From: Paecilomyces variotii
Taxonomy: Eukaryota
Reading direction: 5' to 3' (one strand)
DNA: 64,000 nt
Assembly (NCBI GenBank): GCA_004022145.1
Contig: RCNU01000011.1
Position 1 is the stretch's first letter, and each line of letters begins with the position of its first letter. Positions 49,623 through 63,452 of this stretch are shown here, piece by piece. The translations under genes were made by a program, and so were the position numbers. The notes under the pieces are model-generated. The model worked only from the letters and a program-made list of their open reading frames with translations, was not told the origin of the DNA and made no database searches.

Positions 49623-52600
49623 CTTGCTGGTATGAGATCGCTGCTGCTGCGTCGACTGCGGGGCGTTGCGGCTCAATGAGGGGTCTTGAGGATTAGGTGC
49701 AAAGATTTCCGAAGCTGTTGATGATCTTTACTCTTATCGTAATTAAAGTTGAGGCTCAGCGGGACGGGCCGTTCGAGAGAAAGTACTGTAGTGGATCTTG
49801 GCATATCGAGTAGTTGAGCCTGTTGGGGATGTTGGATAGCACTTGCCAAATGCTCCTAGACGCTGAGAACTTTGTGATAGGAAGCGGATCACGAAGTTGT
49901 GAGAGCAGTAAAGGCATTGCGGTAGCTTTGTGTTAAGATGATGTGCTGAGTAGGGCTTAGGGCTAAGCTGGCTCCTACTTTTGTGCCATACAAATTTGAG
50001 CCGAGGAGAACTCTAGGAGGCTGGAGCCAGTCTCGGAAGTCAATGGAGATCAATTACCTAGGTAGTCGTAAGGTGCACGTTTTTAGAAAGCAGGCTTGGT
50101 CCTGACTCCTGCGGTCAGGTGATAAGGCCCCTGGTACCAGGCAGAACTAGGCAGAACTTTTCTGAATTGCGATTAGCGCGCTATACACGAACTTTACAGC
50201 TTCTTCCGCTGTCCAGGCTGAGCTGAAGATAGCAATAGGCCACCATGCATGATACACCCACATAAACCCCTTAAAACCTAGATTTTATGTGATCAGGATG
50301 TGCGCAAGAACTACCTTATTCATTATATGCAACTTTTTCCAGCTCCGAGCTACTCAAAGTGCCTAAAATCTGTCATACGAAAAACCTACAACTCTCAGGA
50401 CCTTTAAATCGATTTTGTAATTAACAAATTTGAGCCAATGAGAGACTCTCATTCACAATTTCACGGCCAATAAGAAAGGACCCGACTGAGAGGGTCATCG
50501 AGTCTAGACCAGTCTGCCAGATCTTACCCCACATTTGGGTCTCGATCAGGATCCGACTCCATGGGTTGATCCAGTCATTGGGGTTCTAGAGCTGTTCTCC
50601 ACGTTCTCACAGAATTTTGGACCTTTAAACCAGTCTTGCAAACTGCATTTGGACGGTCACACCTTCGCCCCGCGCCAGAGCGCCTGTCGCGAACTGCCTA
50701 ATCTGGAAACCCCGTCGCAAACAGCCCGATCAGGACATCCCGTGAAGCTGTTTACCCTGGCATGTATCCCATTAACATCGAGTAATCTGTTACTTGGGCA
50801 TAATATCCATAATTTGCTTCTCCATCCCCCTCTAAGGACAAATATTACCCCCTTCCAGTTATTGACTATTGGCTCAATATGTGAGCCACTATCTGACCAT
50901 TATAATACATCTCAAGATCATGGATATCTTTATGTCTGCACGTCTGTGAAATACCTACGCGCAGCATAGGTCGCACAGGCTTCGTCGACGTCCTCAAAAT
51001 TGACTTCTGAACTCTGCTTTCACGCGTGTAGGTGTCTCTTCATTGTATAATTGCACAGCATTCTCCAAAAGTGATGCCTTTTTTTTTCCCTTTCGGAACA
51101 TGCATAATACAACAAATCACATTGAACAAACCATCTCTAACCCGTTCTTCAAGTGTCAATTTTGCAGCTTTTATTAACCATCAGTGGCTTATATTATCCA
51201 TGAGGCAGTTAGTCCTTAACAGCCAAGAGTCCGTATCGATGACCTGTCACCCCCATGAGTCTATTGACTTGGCTAGCCCGTCATCCCCTGCTGGATATTT
51301 TCATGTTCGACTAGATCTTTGTATACGCACAAGTCGTTTCATTAGGACAGTCCCTTCTTTACGACGAAGTAAAAGTAAACTGAAGCCTCCGTTCGCTCTA
51401 AGCTGATATAACTGCCACGGGATATAAGCTACATATATGAAAGGGGAAATAGTTGGACAAGTGCTAAGAGAAAGGACGCCGCATCTCCAACTATCCAGGT
51501 GGCATAAACAGGATATGCAGTCGCCTTGTGCCTTTTTCTACGAATCAATGTTCCACAGACGCGATACAAAATATCAAGCATGTCAATATGAGCTATTACA
51601 CGATAACATCTTCATATTGAATTGAAGGACGCGATCCAGGCTTCGTTAATCTGATAGGGTCTTACGGCGATACGGTGGCACAGAGACATCTTGAATCTGC
51701 ATTCCTTTCGCTAGCACCTGAGTCAAGCGTAGATTAATGTTAGTCTGTGCAATGATTCAGGGGACATTCAGCAATATAGAGACGTTGTTCTTGTCGCTAT
51801 GACGAGTATACGGCTAGGTAAGGTTGACTGTAACTAGTCTGCACCTCTTCATCACTACAACGCACAGAATCATCGGCTCGTTGTCGTGAAAAGTGTCATT
51901 GGGCTGTCTTATATACTCGACATCGTTGCAAAGAATCGCTAGTGAGGATTCCCTTGTCATGACGGTATATACACTCTTCACATTCGTCGAGTGGCCGCTC
52001 GAGTACTCCCACCCTGCGAACTGGGAACGTTGCAGGATTCCATCAGCTGCATAAAAATGATATTTGATTCCACTACACCATCGTGTACGAAGCATAATGG
52101 ATGCTAATACTAACTTCCTCCGCTGATGCACGGTGAATGCATAATTTGCGAATTTCTGAATATATATATTTGTCAGTGCGGAGTCACCAAGTGGAGGCAT
52201 CTTTAAGACCTGTATCGGAGTAGACGAATTTAGAGTCGTAAGGCGCAATACATCTGCCTATTTCCTAACCTTTCGCTTTATCGAGAAGAGAGCTTGCGAC
52301 TCTACCCAAGCAGAGTGTAGTAGTTGTAGTTCCTGCGTCTAGTTGGGCGGTAACCGTTATTTGCGATGTGGCACCTTCGGCAGAACTGGGCGACCGTAAC
52401 AAACTTAGGAACGAGTCCGTTCTTGCAGCTACAAGCTAAGCGGCATTTCAACTGGATTTGCGACCACGCTCGGAGCACAACCTACAAGAAGGTTAGATAG
52501 GCACTCCCAATTTGCTCCCCTCTGAAAATACATTTTCGCTCTGCTACGCATCACGTCTCCCTGAGCCAGTTCCTGAGGCACTACCGCGCGCGTTGGCCGG

Positions 52601-52628
52601 CGCGTCAACTCCACCTCAACCGGGGAAA

Positions 52629-53430
52629 ATGACAGAACCTCCAACGAAACGGGCTCGCCGTACAGACAGCTCTGCCATGTGGGATATGAATGACAAGCAA
52701 GCGCGGTATTCAGAACCAGATACGGATTACGATCGATCCTCACGGCGGGAGCCAGCAAGCAGGGAGGAGCGGAACGGTACGCGAGAGAATCGCCGCTATC
52801 GCTCTCGTTCGAGAGAAAGAGTTGAAAGAAGACGTGAAAGGAGCAGGTCAAGGGAGGCTTATCACCGAGACAGAAATGGCAGAAGGGACAGAGACGGACG
52901 AGGTGCAAGGGACAGGGAAAGAAGCACGAGTAGGGACAAATACCATGGTCGAAGAGGTACGCCTATCCCGCAACTATGAATGATCTTGGGACTGAGCTAA
53001 CTGTTTCAAAGGGTATCCGTCAAAACCAGATAGAAATTATGATCGGTCTCGATCGCCTGGGCGCAATGGCGCGAAGGCTCGTTCTAGGACACCTCCACGG
53101 GGTCCTCGCATGGATCGAAGGGACGATCGTAGAGACGGCAAATTACGAGAGGATGCACGGCATACTAATGGTGTATCTGAGCCAAAAAGGCCTTCGCGGG
53201 TAACCGATGGAGATGATGAGATGGATATCGACGTGCTGGACAGCGAGGACCCAGACGATCTCGAAGCGCTTATGCGTAAGACTATGGGTTTCACCAGGTT
53301 CCGAAGCACGCAAAACACGAAAGTCCCGGGAAACGACGTTTATGGTGTGCGCAAAGAGAAGAAGACAGAATACCGACAATACATGAACCGAACCGGCGGT
53401 TTCAACAGACCTCTCAGTCCGTCGAGATGA
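52629..53430 (+). CDS. SNRNP27: U4/U6.U5 tri-snRNP 27 kDa protein-like (DUF1777); intron 52957-53011
   Basis: RS/RD-rich N-terminus; MGFTRFRSTQNTKVPGN...KKTEYRQYMNRTGGFNRPLSP. Confidence 0.88.
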
Positions 53431-53895
53431 GCTCTCACTCCTGGAAGGATCTTGCGTGCTTGCATTACACAAGGCTATTTGATCTATTTCTTTCTATCTG
53501 CGAAGCAGCGCTTTATCAAGCGTCATCGCCTTGGCGCATCATCGGAGTTCAGGTTTGTCGCTGAGAGTATTTATTTATTCTTTGGAGCGCATTATACACT
53601 TTAACTTTGTATCTGCACATGTATAGCTTTCGAATGAGAAGATAGTCTACTATTGAAGAATCGGATATTGTATTGGAAATTTGTCGTGGAGCCATGACTT
53701 TGTAGTGTTTCTACCTCCAAGGGTAGCTTGCTCGTTTCTATGGGTTCGCCACATAGGTTCGCTGACGTATGCGTACGCTCTTACGAACATTTAGATCACA
53801 GCTTTCTGCACTCCAACATTTGCCTTTCGCTGCAGGTTCTCAACATTCTGGCTGCAATAAGATCCCACATTTGGCGCTTCACATCTCGCTGCAAG

Positions 53896-55219
53896 ATGGC
53901 TAGCGCAGACCGAGAACGAGAAATTGTCATCGTTGGTAAGTGGCCCCCGCATCTGCACTGGCACCCCGCGTCCCTCTGTCAACGCGTGCAACGGAGTAGA
54001 TAATACTGACAGATATTCTCCAGGAGGCGGGATTATTGGATGCTGTTCTGCCTACTTCCTGACGAGACATCCCTCATATGACCCTGCGCGCCACAAAATT
54101 ACAATCTTAGAAGCTACGGAGATCGCAGGGGGAGCCTCTGGAAAGGCCGGCGGCCTCTTGGCACTATGGGCGTATCCAAGCAACATCGTGCCACTGAGCT
54201 ACAAACTGCATGCCCAACTGGCTGAAGAACATGGAGGCAAGGCGAGATGGGGTTACAGAGAAGTCCACTGTGGTCAAGTGGTCGCCAACGGACGTCCCCT
54301 AAGCGATAAGTCCAAGGACATGGCAGGAGCCAAAGTGGGAGGGAGTTCCGTGTCTCTACAAAAACGTCAAGAAACCGCGAAAGGACAATTGAGAGCTGCT
54401 GGCGTCCCTAGTGACTTGGACTGGCTCGTCCCCGATCTTGTAAGGGGTTATGAAAGCATGAGCGGGCCTGGGGAGACGGCTCAGGTTCATCCATATCTCT
54501 TCACCACCTCGATGGCGAAACTTGCTGAGGAAAAAGGAGCCAAAGTCGTATTGGGTTCTGTAACCAACATCGATCGCACCGTGGATGGTGTGAAGTCAGT
54601 TACCTACACAGAGAAAGACAGCGGAGAGTCTCGCACAATTCCTGCAACAGATGTGCTTATAGCCGCTGGCCCGTGGACTCGAGGTGTCTTTCCGCCAGCA
54701 CCTATCTCAGCAGTACGCGCCCATAGCGTTGTTATCCGCCCTACGAGACCTGTTTCTGCGTATACGCTATTCACCAACATCTCGCTGCCTGCTGGATTCG
54801 ACGGGTCTAAGAAGCGAGCCAATGTGGTCACACCTGAGATCTATGCTCGTCCTGATGGTACTGTTTACGCTTGCGGTGAAGGAGACCGAATTGTACCGCT
54901 CCCAAAGACGACCGCAGATGTGCAGGTGGACAATTCACGATGCCAGGATATCATTGATTCGGTGGGGAGCATTTCTGATGAGCTCAGAGGGGGTGAGGTC
55001 TCCGTGTGTCAAGCGTGTTACCTGCCGAACGTAGATGCAATGGGAGGAGGACCATTGATCGGACACACTGGCATTAAAGGACTATATATTGCAGCCGGCC
55101 ACACATGCTGGGGCATCCAGAACGCCCCGGCTACTGGAAAGCTCATGAGCGAGTTTGTGTTCGATGGCAAGGCGAAGAGCGCTAAGATCGCATCGTTAGA
55201 CCCCCAGAACTACCTGTAA
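53896..55219 (+). CDS. FAD-dependent oxidoreductase, DAO superfamily (Tda3/Btn3-like); intron 53936-54023
   Basis: EIVIV|GGGIIGCCSAYFL, IAGGASGKAGGLLA, TAQVHP, AAGHTCWGIQNAPATG. Confidence 0.88.
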
Positions 55220-55517
55220 ATGGAGAGCATTAGGGTTAATGGTAATAGTATATAGAATCGATCCTCAAACCAATTTATATTGCAGCTAGATGGTAAGAGT
55301 CTAACTATATAGATAGGATGAATAGCTTCCGTAGGGGCGTGTTGACATGCCGGGACAACGCTCGGGCCACGTAATTTGATCGGAGAAGCAACAGGTTGTC
55401 CGCAGCGGGTATTATTATCGAGAGCTTCAAGCTAGCTTCCACATCAGCAACAACATATGCTCATATAAAAGAGAGGCTCTGTTAGCTTCTCTGTCGATTG
55501 ATGCTTCTCTTTTGAAG

Positions 55518-58313
55518 ATGCATCTTTCTTCTTGTCTGTCATTGATTTCACGGTTATGCATATACGTCCTTGGGCTCAGCGCAAGTGAAGTGCTAGCAAC
55601 AGGCGATGCTTCCGTATTGATTAATGAGGTTTCGAAAGCCAACAACCAGTCCTTGCTATGGGGTCCATACAAGTCGAATCTGTACTTCGGGGTCCATCCC
55701 CGGATTCCCAAGAGCCTCGTGTCTGGGTTGATGTGGGCAAAGGTTGACAATTACGCGACCGCGCAGGACAGTAAGTGTTTATGCAGGATTGCTGATGACA
55801 ACGTACCAAATTTCCACATCATAAAAGACTAACATCTCTTTAAGACTTTAGGCATACATGTGAGCAACATTCAGGGATGGCAGGTTATGGATGGGACGAA
55901 TACGATATCCGGAAAGGTGGCAGACAGACGATACATGATGCGGGGAATACTATAGACATAACAATCGATTTTATCAAAGTCCCCGGTGGGACACACGGAG
56001 GCAGTTGGGCAGCTCGAGTCAAGGGAGTGCCGCGAGAGGACGCCCCTGATGCGCAGCTCACAACGATGGTATTCTACACTGGTTTGGAGGGTCTAGGCTC
56101 CTTAGAGGTTGCCAACGAGCCTGACCCTCTTGGCTTCGAAGGCGACGTCAAAATAAATGGGATGACTCCGGATTTGGGAGACTTCACAATTGATATAACG
56201 GCTGGACCGGACAGCAATGAGCATCCTTACCATAGCCACCCAAGCTATGAACAGAAGCCTCTCGACCGAACGATGGTTGCAAGTCTGTTCATGCCTCAAG
56301 AGTTCCTTTGGCAGACTAAGAGTATGCTCGAGCCTAAGTATGCAACATTATAGTTGCTGACAGCTATACAGTAATTCTCTTTACCCATATGAAGACTGAA
56401 GTCGACGCATACTTCAAGACCTATGGCACAGACAACCCCCCGCCGCCTCCTCAGGTCTTCACCATAGCCAATGCGCCGAAGGAAGGCAATATTCATCTGG
56501 TGCAGAAAGTGTTCCAGGGAGCCTTTGAGGTAGGCCGGTATAGTCCCTGTTGTATTCCTTCACTGACAAAGTTAGTTCGATATTCTTTTCTCTTCAGGCT
56601 CTGCCCCTGAGCCAGTGACATGTAAGGACCATTCCGTTGAGATAGTGAAACCATTGGCTAATACTCGTATCAAGCTGAAACTCTTACGAAGGCAATCGAC
56701 AGCACATCACTTTCGTTCTCTGACAGATTTGACAAGATATTTTCTCCTAAAGCTCCCTTTGACTCACCAGAGTACACTGAGTTCTCCAAATCCATGTTGT
56801 CGAATTTGGTTGGAGGTATTGGCTACTTCTATGGTGGTGGCCTCGTCGATCGCTCTGCTGCACCCGAGTACGATGAAGAAAATGAAGGATTTTGGGAAGA
56901 AGCAGCTGAAGCAAGGGCACGCGCGCAGCTTATAGACGAAGAGCCAAGGGAGCTTTTCACATGCGTACCTTCTCGGCCGTTTTTCCCTCGTGGATTCCTC
57001 TGGGATGAAGGTTTCCATCTCTTACCGGTGATTGACTGGGATACGGATCTTGCGTATGTTTCCCTCTCTCAATTAGATACTAATTGCTAACTTCCGACAG
57101 GCTTGAAATCGTTAGAAGCTGGTTTAATCAGATGGACGAAGACGGATGGATCGCTCGCGAGCAAATCCTGGGCTTGGAGGCTCGTAGTAAAGTGCCTCCA
57201 GAATTCCAAGTCCAGTATCCTCACTATGCCAACCCGCCAACTTTGTTCCTCATCCTGGAAACTTTCGTCGATAAATTGAAGTCCAATGAGTCTACCCCGC
57301 GTGGTGAGCTTGACCGTGATGATTTGGCCGATAGTCTCCGTTCAGCTCATTTGGAACATCCCGAGCTGGCGGATAGTTACCTCCGTTCTATCTACCCGTT
57401 GCTCAAGAGGCATTATTTCTGGTTCAGAAAAACTCAATGGGGAGACATCAAATCATACGACCGCCAGGCGTACTCGATGAAAGAAGGGTACCGTTGGCGT
57501 GGACGTACTCCGCAGCATATTCTAACTTCAGGCCTTGACGACTATCCTAGACCTCAGCCACCACACCCCGGCGAGCTGCACGCGGACTTGATAAGCTGGA
57601 TGGGCATGATGTCTCGGTCCATCCGTCGTATCGCAGAAGCAATTGGTGAAACAGAAGATGCGGAGGAATTCCAGGAGTATGAGACAGCTATCACGCGAAA
57701 TATTGATGATCTGCATTGGGACGAAGAGGCGCAAACATACTGTGATGCTACCATCGATGACTATGAGGAAAGTGTCCATGTATGCCACAAGGGATACATC
57801 TCTATTTCCCCATTCCTTACCGGAATGATCGGTCCCGACAGTCCTCGACTGAAGCCGATCCTGGATCTGATCAGTGACCCGCGCGAGCTCTGGAGCGACT
57901 ACGGTATTCGAAGCTTGAGCAAGAAGGATAAGTTTTATGGCACCGAAGAGAACTATTGGAGGAGTCCTGTGTGGATCAATATGAACTACATGGCGTTGAA
58001 GAGTCTCTATGTAAGCACTGTTCCTAACCTTCTGGCATATTCTAGCTAACTTGTATTGTTACAGGACGTTGCTACCGTCCCTGGGCCGCATCAGGCACAG
58101 GCCAGACATATTTATTCCGACCTTCGGAAGAACCTGGTCGAGAACGTCTATAGGGAATGGAAGGAGACGGGATTTGCCTGGGAGCAGTACAATCCCGAGA
58201 CAGGAGCCGGCCAGCGAACCCAGCATTTCACCGGCTGGACGAGTTTGGTGGTTAAGATGATGGTTATGCCTGATTTATCCGCGAGCACCGGAACCGCGCA
58301 TGACGAACTGTAA
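55518..58313 (+). CDS. CWH41: ER glucosidase I (mannosyl-oligosaccharide glucosidase, GH63); 7 exons; ends in HDEL
   Basis: SLLWGPYKSNLYFG, PSRPFFPRGFLWDEGFH, SGLDDYPR, YWRSPVWINMNY, WEQYNPETG, FTGWTSLV. Confidence 0.95.
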
Positions 58314-58456
58314 AGTGTACCATATAATCATCGAGGTGTAGGAAAACAATAGATATTACCAGCCAATCTATGTTATAAACAGGACCATAAACACCGTAAA
58401 CACCATCGCTATGCGGAACGCAGCATATGGAACATTAACCATACGGAAGGGTAGTA

Positions 58457-59323
58457 TCAATGTCGACGGCTGTGACTTCGATCTCTGCCACTCCGTCTAT
58501 GAGATCCACGATTATCTGGGGAGTGATCCCTCCCTGACCGGCGATACTTGTCATAAGCATCAGCACGTCTTCCTTCTTTGCTCCGTTCACGGGATTCTGA
58601 CTTCCGACGATAGTCTCGATCTCTGGATGGAGATCTCAACCTGTGTCGTCGTTCATGACGATGGTATTCACGATCATCACGATGATGATGTCTGTGATGT
58701 CTTCGTTCCCTCTCTCGGTTTCGGTCACGACTTCTGTCGCGCCGCCTCTCAGGACTGCGGCTGCGATCGCGCCTGTCTCTTCGACTAGGACGCTCATCAA
58801 GTCCAACGCCCTCTAACTTGTCAGCTTCCGGTCCAAGACGCGCACCGGACGCTCTACCCCCGTAGGATCCAAAGCCGATCCCCTTCCCTCCGTCTTCTGC
58901 GTCACCACCTGTTGTTTCTTGAATTGCCCTCTGTACATCCTTACTACCCAGAGGTGTCAAATTTGCGTTCGTGCTCCTTGGCGGAACAGGAAGACCGAGC
59001 GCGCGGGCCATTGCCTCTTCCTCAGCCTCCTTGACGCGCCGAAGCTCTTCCTCGCGTTCGGTTCTTGCTTTCTCGGCATCTTTATCCTCAGCCTTCGCGT
59101 ACCATTGTAGATCACGACCATTCTGCCACCGGCCCACAGGAGCCATGAGCGAGTGGCCGAGATAGTTCTCGCGATGCTGCGATTGTTGGACATCAGACCA
59201 TTTGAAGGAATCGCGGCCCCCGCTGGAGAAAATGTTAATGAATGGCAAGGACAATGAAGTGCATCATTGCGAAAAGGCGACTTACCGACTGCCTTCCTTG
59301 CGAACACCAGCGACTAAATCCAT
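58457..59323 (-). CDS. Multiple myeloma tumor-associated protein 2-like (MMtag domain) protein; 2 exons
   Basis: MDLVAGVRKEGSR|GGRDSFKWSDV...RENYLGHSLMAPVGRWQNGRDLQWYAK; R/D/H-rich tail. Confidence 0.88.
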
Positions 59324-60072
59324 AGTTGTTGTGGTTGTCGCTTGCTTGTAGGTTTGATGATGTCGGTGGGGAGTGGAACTCTGGGGTTGAAGGAATGATG
59401 CGGTAATTAGGTGTAAGGTAATTACGCATTGTATATATATTCGAGAGCTCTCAATGAAGAACTCGCAGTTCGCCATGGTGCCTTCAATTTCTACATTTAT
59501 TGATAAATCTTTCATCATATATCGAGTGGAATTTGATTTACTGTCTTGAGAGCCCTTTCAAGTCAGCTATGGAATTCGAGCTGTTCTGTTCTATCTGTAC
59601 TGTAATACATGACGGAGGCCGTTACAAGTGGCACGTGCGCACGCCGCTTCCGACATATCATCATCTTCCTGTTGTATATTCAAGTTCGATTGTATCATCA
59701 CCTCGAGGGAGAACCAACTAACTGACATGTAGTTTTAACGCGCATATGCCCCCAGATCCAATTATATGCTGATTGGTCTTTCCATATGTCTACGGGGATG
59801 ATGGGGTTGATGGTCTGCCAACTCTATGTGTGACCACTCCATCGTGCAACGTACCGAGTTCTATTTGTCCATTCTGAAATGATAATATTCACCTCTCGTC
59901 CCACTCACTCTTCACACCTGCCTTTGCCTCAAACACTATGACAGACCCTATATTCCCAGTAAACCGGCTTGACCTGAGACAACTCCAGGCGATCTACGAA
60001 CTACATATGGCGCCCACTGGGGTCGCTTCAGGAATGGAACCTGAACAAGAACTCCTCACGCGCAAGTGCGGC

Positions 60073-62881
60073 ATGCGAGATGATTTGCGTTTAAAACCGC
60101 TTAATGTTGAGAGTGGTCGTGAGAGAGTAAGTGTTCCACCCCAAAGGATAAATTATGCAATTCGTTCTAATGCTACGTTTCTAGTTTGCTGAGTATGTTG
60201 AAATCTGCGATGTCTGTTTCCTGGTTATACTGACCTCGACATGTTAGGAGGGAGAATGTATATCCTCCCCGTTCTGCAGCCTGGAGAAGCAACCTGGTAA
60301 GTATATCATACCGCTTGTTCCATCGTGAACGATCCAGGCTTATTGACTGATGGTAAACCGAAGACTGCGCTTTCTCAACGTCACAATTTACTCTTTGTTG
60401 CGTACAGCCACCAGATTTATGTATGGGAACCCGCTGGTCCCTGGCAGACTCTAGGTGCCAAACCGTCCATGATCATTACTCCTGTGATGAAGGACCCAGA
60501 TGCTGAAGGATTCATTAACCCCGATTTTCCCCATGCTATCAACAATATCATGGTCGATGACCTGGGTCGGGATGAAGTCCTCATCCTCGTGACAGACTCC
60601 GGGAACGTTTCTGGCTATCATGTGGAAGCAGTCTTCTCTGCAATTGAACAGGCCTCCCAGGATGGCCCACAAAGGCCCATCGATGGATCCAATATCGAAC
60701 CTTTTTTCACTGAGAATGTCTACGCCAGTGCTTGGGGACTTGCAATCCACAAGTATGCCCGTATGATTGCGGTTTCAGCGAACACCGGTCTCATTACGGT
60801 ATTCGCATTCGCGCTAGTTGATCCGACCAAAGAAGCTGATGAAGACACCGACGAGAATCTGAATTTTGCGGACGGGTTCAATAATTACGAGCAAAACTGG
60901 CTTGATGTCCAGACACAGGATGAATTTGTTCAGTTCCGCCGTCTCATGCCAGATCGTTACCGCTCGCGTAATGTCCGGCTTACGTATTCAGGTCATTTTA
61001 CCAATATACCATGCGTCTCGTTTCTGAACTGCGATCTCGATCCGAATGGATGTTGGATGGTCAGCACTGATATTGACAACAAACTGCTTCTGTGGAAAGT
61101 ATGGGAACTGCAAAGTCCATTCCAGGCAGTGCATTTGAGCGATATAACTGCAGAGCCATTTCCGCACACCCTGCGTAATGAGTGAGTGCGCACTTTCCCC
61201 TTTGATTTTGATTTCTTATCTGCGTGCTTACATTGGTAGTGAACGTGGTTGGAGCGTTCTCGCCCTCGATCCGCGTACGTTCCGACCATGTAGGTCATAT
61301 GTCGAGGCATGTGGTGGCTGTCCGACGCAGAGAATGAAGAACGGGAAAACTGTTCTTGACCTGACCAGCCTGAGTAGGCGAGTCCCGGATGCTTCCCATC
61401 TTTACAGTTACTTCCCACCAGCCGTTAAAGGGGATGCTACAGAAGAATTGACCTTGCCTGACATTTTCGACACCGATTGCTGCATCAGTAAAGAGAAGAG
61501 CTCGTCATCAGATAGAGAGTCCGGAGATGATAGTGACACATATTCCGACTCTATGTCGGATTCTGATGATGGCGATCATGATGCAGACAAATATGCTGAC
61601 GCCCCAGATGGTTCTGGGCGCGAACATGCTTTCCTGGCTGGCCTAGACCGACCTGAAGGGAGTCTACGAACAGTGGATGCTCAAGTCGGGAGTATAAGTG
61701 AACGCAGCATGCATGTGGACGAATCCCATACAACTCAAAGTGCTGCAAATTCTAATGGCGACTCCGGAGACCCGTCACTGGAAACAACTGGACCGGTGCG
61801 TGGTGCGACGATGCGCACTCTCGCCCAAGGCTCGATGGCCGCTGCTGAAGCCCTCCAAAACGCGTTAGAAGAAGCCTTCGACGAGCTATCTGGTATAGAG
61901 TCTGGTCCCATAGAGTCTTACTCCGATGACGAGAGCTTCTATTTCGCCCAAGACCACATGGATTACATTGAAAGCGATGAAGATGACAGCGACGACGGCT
62001 CAAATGTTGACCATAATCCGAATGCTGTCTTGTCGGGGCTTAATGATCTGGATCATCTGCCAGAACCGCCCACTCCAGCCTGTTCCGATTTCCCTATCCT
62101 TCACTTCTCACAAACAGACATTCGCCTCTTCCCTAGTCCATATTCACTATCTCCTACGGTGGTCTGCGGAAATCCACTCTGGCAACCTTTCACGCATCCT
62201 ATCCTCACAATCCGTGCCTGTGACCGTTTCAACATGGTCAAGTACGTCCCCGAGCACGGTATCGTCGTTGCCGCTACGCAAAAGGGCCGCGCAGCAATCA
62301 TCGCTCTTACTGAAGCACAAAACAAGGGCCTTGCATTCAAGATCAATTGGATTGTACCACTAGAGAGCCAGGAGAAATACGGGGAGCGTCCCCTCATTCC
62401 ACTCCTTGGGATGGCAGTTGGTCCTGTTCAGGGATTCGAACTACCGCCTGATGTAGCCTACATCCCTCGACGAGTGGTCAACGAAGACGACATCACTTTC
62501 CACTACAGATTTACTGATTCTCAGGAAGGAGACAGTTCAAATGCAGAATCAGGGCCTGATGATGGCGTTCATGACACAGCAAGCACCAATTCCAAAAAGA
62601 ACATCCATCCATCAAGTATCAGCTCTGACGACAAAAATGCCACTCAAACATCAGAACATAGCGGCCCTAAGCCACTTACTCTCCCCGAATGTCACGCAAT
62701 GGCATCTCGAATCTATCAACCCGACGAGAAATGGCGGGGCTGGAACCCTTCTCGTCGTTACCGCTTGCTGCTGACCTACGCCGATAACACAGTCATGAGT
62801 TACGAATTCTGGTATGAATGGTCAGAGGCAGTGGTTGGCTCTGATTATGATGGTGATAGGGATGATTTTCTCTATCTTTAA
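60073..62881 (+). CDS. CRT10-like (WD40-related) protein; 5 exons including an 8-nt microexon; alternative in-frame ATG at 59938
   Basis: PPRSAAWRSNL|TALSQRHNLLFVAY, PHAINNIMVDDLG, SAWGLAIH, HFTNIPCVSF, GWSV, DRFNMV...GIVVAATQKGR. Confidence 0.78.
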
Positions 62882-63452
62882 ATTAAATTAGGAACACTCG
62901 ACATTCATATCCCCTGTATCGTTAATATGTTTCTTTTCGACACAGCATTGAAATTTCGCAGATGCCAGATCCATCTATGTCCTGCATAGGGAAGCTTTCG
63001 TTTCATTTCCGACTATTCCCTCGCGGGAAGAGTAATTAAAGGCCTAGTAACCTGCAACAGGAGTTTCAAGGATTGGAGCTGTCTCGTACGGAAGATGTAT
63101 GTATTGTCCAAGTGCTACAGAGTAACATGGCATAGCAAAATACAAGGATAATGGAGACGACAGCTATCTTCAAGAGGTAATACAAACCGAGTCATTTCGA
63201 ATAGGTGGGAATAAATGGTGAATGAATGAGAAAGGAAGTCTATGGTATGGTATCACTAATCGGCTGGAAAGAAAAAAAAAAAAGGAGAGGTAGTAAAAAA
63301 GACAAAATGCATATACGCTCGCTAATGTGAGACCACCAGGCCATGCGTAATCGAGTCCGTGTAGAAAGAAAATGCAAATGAAAGAGAATGATGCAAAAAC
63401 AGTTATTCCTCGTCCAATCGTCCCAAAATATAATCTGAAGGAGAAGACAGGC

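Noticed and set aside
51814..52248. 144-aa minus-strand ORF
   Set aside because: Non-ATG start and no recognisable domain
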